Source of the DNA: Octopus bimaculoides
Taxonomy: Eukaryota
Reading direction: 5' to 3'
Length of the DNA: 44,600 bases
Assembly: GCF_001194135.2 (NCBI RefSeq)
Contig: NC_068994.1
Span: forward strand, 33,776,515 to 33,821,114
Numbering within the stretch: the stretch's first letter is position 1; the number at the start of each line of letters is the position of its first letter. Positions 35,289 to 44,600 of this stretch are shown here, in pieces. Made by a program: the position numbers and the translations under genes. The notes beneath the pieces are model-generated. The model saw nothing but the letters and a program-made list of their open reading frames with translations. It did not search any database and was not told the DNA's origin.

Positions 35289-36657
35289 TACTCACTCACA
35301 CACCAAACACACATACAGACACAAACACACACATACACACACACATACACACACACATGCACACACACACACACACATCCATGTTGCTGTCAAGCACACA
35401 GACGTGTATTATATTCTTTTAGTATATCCAGCCTTGCTATTACATTCAAGTCACAAAGTATATATTTGCTAGCAAAAGATGGCAAAAGCCGGATTTCTTT
35501 ATAAATTTTCTTGGCTTCAGTGAATCTACATTTTNNNNNNNNNNNNNNNNNNNNNNNNNNNNNNNNNNNNNNNNNNNNNNNNNNNNNNNNNNNNNNNNNN
35601 NNNNNNNNNNNNNNNNNNNNNNNNNNNNNNNNNNNNNNNNNNNNNNNNNNNNNNNNNNNNNNNNNNNNNNNNNNNNNNNNNNNNNNNNNNNNNNNNNNNN
35701 NNNNNNNNNNNNNNNNNNNNNNNNNNNNNNNNNNNNNNNNNNNNNNNNNNNNNNNNNNNNNNNNNNNNNNNNNNNNNNNNNNNNNNNNNNNNNNNNNNNN
35801 NNNNNNNNNNNNNNNNNNNNNNNNNNNNNNNNNNNNNNNNNNNNNNNNNNNNNNNNNNNNNNNNNNNNNNNNNNNNNNNNNNNNNNNNNNNNNNNNNNNN
35901 NNNNNNNNNNNNNNNNNNNNNNNNNNNNNNNNNNNNNNNNNNNNNNNNNNNNNNNNNNNNNNNNNNNNNNNNNNNNNNNNNNNNNNNNNNNNNNNNNNNN
36001 NNNNNNNNNNNNNNNNNNNNNNNNNNNNNNNNNNNNNNNNNNNNNNNNNNNNNNNNNNNNNNNNNNNNNNNNNNNNNNNNNNNNNNNNNNNNNNNNNNNN
36101 NNNNNNNNNNNNNNNNNNNNNNNNNNNNNNNNNNNNNNNNNNNNNNNNNNNNNNNNNNNNNNNNNNNNNNNNNNNNNNNNNNNNNNNNNNNNNNNNNNNN
36201 NNNNNNNNNNNNNNNNNNNNNNNNNNNNNNNNNNNNNNNNNNNNNNNNNNNNNNNNNNNNNNNNNNNNNNNNNNNNNNNNNNNNNNNNNNNNNNNNNNNN
36301 NNNNNNNNNNNNNNNNNNNNNNNNNNNNNNNNNNNNNNNNNNNNNNNNNNNNNNNNNNNNNNNNNNNNNNNNNNNNNNNNNNNNNNNNNNNNNNGAGGAT
36401 AATGAAAAATAAAAAATAAAAGATGAAGTAGGTGTGGTGGTGTCAGTGGAGGAGGAGGAAGAAGAGGAGAAGGAGGAAGAGGAAGGGGAGGAGATGCTGA
36501 ATTATGTGAAGTCAAAGCATTTTCGAAATCTACACAAAATTCAAAAACAAGCAAACCAAAGAATAACAAACATAAATAAAAAATAAAAACCTTAAATAAA
36601 CAACGAAAATCAACAGAATCTAGTAAAACTGAAGATGCGCATATATTTGTATATTTG

Positions 36658-36868
36658 GTTTTCAAATTTTGGCACAGGGCCAGCAATATGGGGTGGGGAT
36701 GAGTAAGTCGATTATATTGACCCCAGTCGTTCACCTGTTAACTTATTTTATCGACCCCGCAAGGATGGAAGGCAAAGTTGACCTCAGCGGAATTTGAACT
36801 CAGAACATAAAGTCGGACGAAATGATGATCAGCATTTAGTTCGGCGTACTAACAATTCTGCTAGTTCA
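36658..36868 (-). mobile_element. tRNA-derived SINE (GTCGAT-rich family)
   Basis: Collinear with the reverse complement of 18814-19032. Confidence 0.85.
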
Positions 36869-38800
36869 AAAATATGAAATACACTGGACATTTGGCTGCT
36901 ATATCTAGCAAGTCTGGTTGGTAAATACGTACAAACTCTCTTACTCCCACACATACATGCATACATGTATATATATATATATNNNNNNNNNNNNNNNNNN
37001 NNNNNNNNNNNNNNNNNNNNNNNNNNNNNNNNNNNNNNNNNNNNNNNNNNNNNNNNNNNNNNNNNNNNNNNNNNNNNNNNNNNNNNNNNNNNNNNNNNNN
37101 NNNNNNNNNNNNNNNNNNNNNNNNNNNNNNNNNNNNNNNNNNNNNNNNNNNNNNNNNNNNNNNNNNNNNNNNNNNNNNNNNNNNNNNNNNNNNNNNNNNN
37201 NNNNNNNNNNNNNNNNNNNNNNNNNNNNNNNNNNNNNNNNNNNNNNNNNNNNNNNNNNNNNNNNNNNNNNNNNNNNNNNNNNNNNNNNNNNNNNNNNNNN
37301 NNNNNNNNNNNNNNNNNNNNNNNNNNNNNNNNNNNNNNNNNNNNNNNNNNNNNNNNNNNNNNNNNNNNNNNNNNNNNNNNNNNNNNNNNNNNNNNNNNNN
37401 NNNNNNNNNNNNNNNNNNNNNNNNNNNNNNNNNNNNNNNNNNNNNNNNNNNNNNNNNNNNNNNNNNNNNNNNNNNNNNNNNNNNNNNNNNNNNNNNNNNN
37501 NNNNNNNNNNNNNNNNNNNNNNNNNNNNNNNNNNNNNNNNNNNNNNNNNNNNNNNNNNNNNNNNNNNNNNNNNNNNNNNNNNNNNNNNNNNNNNNNNNNN
37601 NNNNNNNNNNNNNNNNNNNNNNNNNNNNNNNNNNNNNNNNNNNNNNNNNNNNNNNNNNNNNNNNNNNNNNNNNNNNNNNNNNNNNNNNNNNNNNNNNNNN
37701 NNNNNNNNNNNNNNNNNNNNNNNNNNNNNNNNNNNNNNNNNNNNNNNNNNNNNNNNNNNNNNNNNNNNNNNNNNNNNNNNNNNNNNNNNNNNNNNNNNNN
37801 NNNNNNNNNNNNNNNNNNNNNNNNNNNNNNNNNNNNNNNNNNNNNNNNNNNNNNNNNNNNNNNNNNNNNNTATATATATATATCGTAATATATAAAGGTA
37901 AGATCCAAGGATCATGATGTGGAAAATTAGTAAGCTTCGAGAAATCCGTAGAAGGTATAAAAAACAACTTTGAGGAGCGATAGCGGTTTAGCCTGGATTT
38001 TATCTACTCCAATCCCTAACTTTGGATTGTGTGTGTGTGTGTGCGTGTATGTATTCTTTTTGCAACATTTTATCGAAGATGACTTTATCGTGAATGTCTT
38101 TCTCATCATTTCATTAGCTACAACTGGATTATCAATTTGACACGCGTATAAACAGCTGGCATTTTGTTTTTTTTTATTCCGGCTGTAATAAACCTATCAT
38201 ATTTCATGGTGTATATACGACGCACCTGTGTAGGGAAAAAAGTTTCCCGAAAACAAATCAACCCGGGCCCTACATGCTAAGTTGAAGCTATATTACATGC
38301 TTTAATGCACAAAAAAACTTTTATCCTGAAGAAGATCTGCTGAAATTTCGGTTACGTCTTATGCGCTTGTGCGTCTTTTATGTCATCAAATACCGTAATT
38401 AATCTACTAGATTTAACACCAACATTCGGCACGCCCTTGATGGATCTTTAGTAGAATCCATTTCGTAGTAAGCATTCGGATCTAGTCTCTTGTCAGAGAA
38501 TAATTAGTCTTCTTCATTCCATCGGTCTCAAAAACCTTGAATAAGAGCCATGAATGCTGCACCACTTTCTTCGATTGCGACAGGTTTTCAGAGTTCATCT
38601 TCCTGTTGAGTTCATTTTGTCCGGCAGTGTTGACGTACCTCTTGTAAAGAATAAATTGCAAAATAATTGAAAGCCATAAAATATATAATAGTGGATACCA
38701 TTTATACAGACAATGTATAATTTATTTTGTTGTAGCTCGGGGAGGGTCATTATGCCAATATTAAACACACGTACTGGTCCAATTTCGCTTCTTTATTATT

Positions 38801-39020
38801 GGTTTCAAATTTTGGCACAAGGCCAAAAATTTTGGCAGTGGAGGTAAGCCGATTGCATCAACTCCAGTGTTCAACTGGTACTTATTTTATCGATCTCAAA
38901 AAGAATAAAAGGCAAAGTCTACCTCGGCGGAATTTGAACTCAGAACCTAAAAAGTCGGAAGAAATGCTGCTAAGGATTATTGTCGGGACGCGTCAGCGAT
39001 TCTGCCATTTCACCCTCTTT
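38801..39020 (-). mobile_element. tRNA-derived SINE (GTCGAT-rich family)
   Basis: GGTTTCAAATTTTGGCACAAGGCC...CCTCGGCGGAATTTGAACTCAGAAC...; collinear with the other copies. Confidence 0.85.
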
Positions 39021-39972
39021 GGAAGACAGTTCAAGGAGAAATAAAACTAAGTTTGTCGTTCTCGGATATTCTAATGCGATCGATATTCTCTTGTTCAATA
39101 TTTTTTTTAAACAAAGATCTTCCGTTTAATTCAGTACATATGGTTGGNNNNNNNNNNNNNNNNNNNNNNNNNNNNNNNNNNNNNNNNNNNNNNNNNNNNN
39201 NNNNNNNNNNNNNNNNNNNNNNNNNNNNNNNNNNNNNNNNNNNNNNNNNNNNNNNNNNNNNNNNNNNNNNNNNNNNNNNNNNNNNNNNNNNNNNNNNNNN
39301 NNNNNNNNNNNNNNNNNNNNNNNNNNNNNNNNNNNNNNNNNNNNNNNNNNNNNNNNNNNNNNNNNNNNNNNNNNNNNNNNNNNNNNNNNNNNNNNNNNNN
39401 NNNNNNNNNNNNNNNNNNNNNNNNNNNNNNNNNNNNNNNNNNNNNNNNNNNNNNNNNNNNNNNNNNNNNNNNNNNNNNNNNNNNNNNNNNNNNNNNNNNN
39501 NNNNNNNNNNNNNNNNNNNNNNNNNNNNNNNNNNNNNNNNNNNNNNNNNNNNNNNNNNNNNNNNNNNNNNNNNNNNNNNNNNNNNNNNNNNNNNNNNNNN
39601 NNNNNNNNNNNNNNNNNNNNNNNNNNNNNNNNNNNNNNNNNNNNNNNNNNNNNNNNNNNNNNNNNNNNNNNNNNNNNNNNNNNNNNNNNNNNNNNNNNNN
39701 NNNNNNNNNNNNNNNNNNNNNNNNNNNNNNNNNNNNNNNNNNNNNNNNNNNNNNNNNNNNNNNNNNNNNNNNNNNNNNNNNNNNNNNNNNNNNNNNNNNN
39801 NNNNNNNNNNNNNNNNNNNNNCATACATACATACATACATACATACATACACACATACATACACACATACATTCACACATGTAAATACATTCAAACGTTG
39901 ATACATACATACATGCATGAGTTCATAGACAGAAATATTAGTGTGTGTGTGTCTGTGTGTGTGTGTGTGGAT

Positions 39973-40205
39973 ATGTGTATACGGATATATGAGATCTGTG
40001 GGTGTGGATATGTGTGTGTGTGTGTGTGTGTGTGTGCGTGCGTATGCGTGTGTGTATATGTGTGTACGAATATATGCGGTGTGTCGATGTGTGTGTCGAT
40101 GTGTGTGTCTGTGTGTGTGTGTGTGGGTATGTGTATACGGATATATGAGATCTGTGGGTGTGGATATGTGTATACGGATATATGAGATATATGGGTGTGG
40201 ATATA
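39973..40205 (+). repeat. ~38-bp unit ATGTGTATACGGATATATGAGATCTGTGGGTGTGGAT x3 embedded in (GT)n
   Basis: Copies at ~39973, ~40129 and ~40166. Confidence 0.85.
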
Positions 40206-40380
40206 TGTGGATATGCGTGTGTGCGTATGCGTGTGTGTGTGCGTATGCGTGTGTCCATATGCGTGTATGGATATATGCGGATACGTGTGTGTGGATGTGA
40301 GTGCGTGTTTGCGCGCGCATGTGTGTGTGTGTGTGTGTGTGCATACACAGAAACGTCTATACGTAAGTGTTTTGTTTCAG

Positions 40381-40448
40381 TAACTATCCACTACGTCTCA
40401 CCCATCCTACTCAAGAAACTGGGTCAGGTCCCAGCGGAGGTGCGGTGG
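40381..40448 (+). CDS. candidate exon (TIHYVSPILLKKLGQVPAEVRW)
   Basis: TGTTTTGTTTCAG acceptor, TGG|GTAACC donor, GC-rich relative to flanks; phase-compatible with candidates 41790-41853 and 42925-42959. Confidence 0.25.
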
Positions 40449-40782
40449 GTAACCAGAGAGGAACCAAAAAAAAAAACCCTTGCCTACATCTCTACACTAT
40501 GCATAACTGTCAACTAACATCTTATCATCAGGAGGGGAGGTTGAGGGAGGAGGAGGAGAGCTAGACAAGAAGAAGACGAAAGCGAAGAAGAAGAATTATA
40601 ATGTCGATCTTTTAGATGAAGGTACTAATATTGCTATTATTCTTTGGCCAAGGAGTGTCTTATCGGCGAAAATGCACTCGCGCGAGCGCACGTGCGTTTC
40701 AGCTCACACATAAGTGCATACACATGCTTATACATAGATACTCATACATATATATATACATATAATTTTATAAATATCCCAA

Positions 40783-40836
<54 letters not shown>

Positions 40837-40978
40837 CTATCTGTCTGTCTGTCTGTCTATCTATTTATGTATGTGTGTGTGTGTGTGTGTGTGGAGAGAG
40901 AGAAAATGAGAGAGATATCTATCTGTCAATTTATCTCTCTTTCTATCTATCTCTCTATATGTACATGGATATATACAT

Positions 40979-41082
<104 letters not shown>

Positions 41083-41159
41083 CAAAGAATATATATACAT
41101 GTATACACACATATATGTACATACTTACATCTACATGTGTATATATATGCATATCAGGG

Positions 41160-41400
41160 TACAGGACGTTAAAACAATAAACTACAGACAACGGAACGAA
41201 CACATAGGAAAACGGAAAGCCACTTGGAATATCCCTTCATCAGCTGTCTCTATTCTATCTAGACGTTTCGAAGATAAGACAGAACGTACTCTAGAATAGT
41301 CTCTTCCTGAGTAGTGGATCAACCCACTACACAGAGGATTCCAAGGTGGCAAACACAAACCAAGACAGGAAAAAATGGACAGTGAAAACAACATTCAAAA
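41160..41400 (-). mobile_element. Penelope-like terminal fragment with hammerhead-like cores
   Basis: Minus strand carries CGAAACGTC (plus-strand 41262-41270) and CTGATGAAGGG (plus-strand 41233-41243). Confidence 0.55.
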
Positions 41401-41426
41401 GCCGTACGGCCAAACGCAAATCTGAG

Positions 41427-41472
<46 letters not shown>

Positions 41473-42129
41473 GTGTGTGATAGTTATCGCCTTAAATTAG
41501 TATGCATTTGTGTGTATGTGAGTGATTCTTTCTTTCTCTTTCTCTCTTTCTCTATATCTATTTATCTATATATCTATCTTTCGTTTTTTATTACTGTGTG
41601 TGAGTGAATGTGCGCGCGTGTGTATGTGTACCTGCATGCGCGCGTGAGTGCGTACGCTGTTTTCTCTGTATCATTAAGAGATAATACGAGGGTATGCTCC
41701 AAGAACCAGACGTTTCTACTCAAAAAAAGAAAAGATAAAAGAAAAGAAAAAATGGCTGGTTTGCGTTTTAATGGCTGTATGTCTTACAGAACTATCTTAT
41801 CCTATCCATGTTTACCATATGTCGAAAAATTGAGAAAAATTTTTTTCAAAAGGGTAGGAGCTTTGTGCAGGTCCCTATTAATAAATACAAAATAATAGGG
41901 TTTTGGGAGGGTTAGTTAATAGATAACGTAGATTGTATATAATTGAAGTAGGATGTGTTTGCATTTTGTATGCTTCTGAACATATCTTCAGCCATATCAT
42001 TGTATATGAATTATATATGTGTATGTGTACGGGAGGGTGTGAAATATATTTACATACTTGATGTTCTCTTTCCTTTGTCACTTTTGTAGCATGTCTATTG
42101 ATTAAAGCGATAGATACTTACAAATAACC

Positions 42130-42173
<44 letters not shown>

Positions 42174-42813
42174 NNNNNNNNNNNNNNNNNNNNNNNNNNN
42201 NNNNNNNNNNNNNNNNNNNNNNNNNNNNNNNNNNNNNNNNNNNNNNNNNNNNNNNNNNNNNNNNNNNNNNNNNNNNNNNNNNNNNNNNNNNNNNNNNNNN
42301 NNNNNNNNNNNNNNNNNNNNNNNNNNNNNNNNNNNNNNNNNNNNNNNNNNNNNNNNNNNNNNNNNNNNNNNNNNNNNNNNNNNNNNNNNNNNNNNNNNNN
42401 NNNNNNNNNNNNNNNNNNNNNNNNNNNNNNNNNNNNNNNNNNNNNNNNNNNNNNNNNNNNNNNNNNNNNNNNNNNNNNNNNNNNNNNNNNNNNNNNNNNN
42501 NNNNNNNNNNNNNNNNNNNNNNNNNNNNNNNNNNNNNNNNNNNNNNNNNNNNNNNNNNNNNNNNNNNNNNNNNNNNNNNNNNNNNNNNNNNNNNNNNNNN
42601 NNNNNNNNNNNNNNNNNNNNNNNNNNNNNNNNNNNNNNNNNNNNNNNNNNNNNNNNNNNNNNNNNNNNNNNNNNNNNNNNNNNNNNNNNNNNNNNNNNNN
42701 NNNNNNNNNNNNNNNNNNNNNNNNNNNNNNNNNNNNNNNNNNNNNNNNNNNNNNNNNNNNNNNNNNNNNNNNNNNNTCTCTCTCTCCCTTTCTCTCTCCT
42801 TTTCTCTCTCTCC

Positions 42814-42846
<33 letters not shown>

Positions 42847-43897
42847 ACACACATACACACACACATTAAAACAGAAAATTTTGTCATTATTCTTTGCATA
42901 TTACCTATCTTTCTTTACTAATAGGAGTTACATCTATTTACACGTGGAAAACCATATAATTAATCACCCATTGATAATTCATCAGCTACAGAATAAAAAT
43001 TCTTCCCCGCACCAAACAGTATTCTCCAGTATCTTCAACTCTCATATGAATCATAACACCTACCGACATACGTTGGAGAACACCTACGGATACACGTTGA
43101 AGAATATGCAAATATGTTTCATGAAGATACTGCGTAGATTATAAACCTGTATACATACTGTGTGTAGGTATTAATCCGTTTTATGCAATACAAGCAGTAC
43201 TAGATTATAATAGTTATTTGCGTATCATGCCTAATGTTAATACATTGTGATAGGCAAATATGCTCCGATACTCATTCTAAGATAATATTTTATATGGACG
43301 TACTGTTTGGCCGCTGAGATTACTAGATGCATTTTGACTTCATTGCGCTTCGTCAGTAGCATATATTCGCAGCCAATCGAGTGCCAAGAAGACATCTGTT
43401 GCCTCCAGTATAAGAATACTCTGAATAAACCTTCTATAGTGTTGCAAATAACAGGTCGACTGCCTGTACGTATGTACACACTATATCCGTAATACGTATA
43501 AGTATGCATAAATATAGGTACTTTAATGTAAATTTGTGTGTGTGTGTTGTGCGCGTACTATATTAAGTCTAATAAATTTTTATTAAGGATTACCTTACAC
43601 TCTTATTTTTATGCTTTTTTTAGAATAATAACTTTGCCATATGTATTAGTCGACTAAATTTTCAGGACCTTCTCGGCCTCATCATTAGGATAAAACGGTG
43701 CTAATAATGAGTTGCAGCCTAAGGGCTGTACTGCAGGTGTACAAGGATAATAGGAAGGTGTGTGTGCGCGCCGGTGGGTGTGTGTGTATGTGTGTGTGTG
43801 TGGGGGGGCATGTGTTTAAGTATGTGTGGATATATATACATATAAATAAAGAAGGTAACGAACACAAAAAGTAAACAACATGGGAATTAAAAGGTTT

Positions 43898-43932
<35 letters not shown>

Positions 43933-44483
43933 CTGTGTGTCTGCTTGTTTGATTGTCTGTCTATTTGTCTTTCTGCCTATCTGTCAATCTGTCTGCCTGT
44001 CTGTCTGTCCATCTGAATGCATGTATCTATACGTATGGTGAGGGATGTAAGTACGCAGCTACAGTAATTAAAAGAATTTAAGGAGTGTATACCAAAGTAC
44101 AGTGATACCCTTACACACAATAAACCCGTTTGCGTGTGTATGTCTGTGTGATCATTCGTAATGGTCGCATGTATGCGCGTTTATGTGTGAGTGTATCTAT
44201 ATAGTCCCACACAGTCTCTTAATACCTCACCCCTCCCTCCGTACAGACACACAAGTACGCACGCATGCGCTCATACACGCTAATATTTCTGGAAATGTGA
44301 GATAAAAGCTAATAAAACTGAAACAATATTTTTGCCGACATATAAGAAAAAAAATTGCTATGCATAATACTACACCATTCTTCAACATTACACACGCGCA
44401 CACACACACACGCTTGCATACACACACATATGTATGTATGTGTATATATGTGCGTATGCATGTGTATATACGTGTTTGTATGG

Positions 44484-44544
<61 letters not shown>

Positions 44545-44552
44545 CACACACA

Positions 44553-44600
<48 letters not shown>

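Overview
AT-rich eukaryotic draft-assembly sequence, not prokaryotic. It has 17 N-gaps totalling about 7.7 kb (~17%), many bordered by (TA)n or other simple repeats. The extreme microsatellite density and the SINE families (recognised from memory, not by search) point to a coleoid cephalopod, most likely Octopus; this is inference. The window is mostly microsatellites plus interspersed repeats: about 15 copies or fragments of at least 3 tRNA-derived SINE families, an (AAT)n-tailed retroposon end, three Penelope-like terminal fragments with hammerhead-like cores, a decayed ~1.3-kb DD37D (maT-like) Tc1/mariner element, a ~490-bp non-autonomous mariner nested in a SINE, and a 292-bp hAT-type MITE. 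Nearly all ORFs in the supplied track are microsatellite or gap artefacts. I could not name any host gene. Several short + strand segments look like spliced exons (best: 11664-11796), so the window may be largely intronic to an unrecognised gene. The most unusual items are a 15-bp tandem array inside an ATG-initiated ORF encoding a (WRAKC)n cationic Cys/Trp repeat, a helically phased array of six ETS-type GGAA cores, and hammerhead-like motifs in the Penelope-like ends. I found no CRISPR array, rRNA or real tRNA gene.
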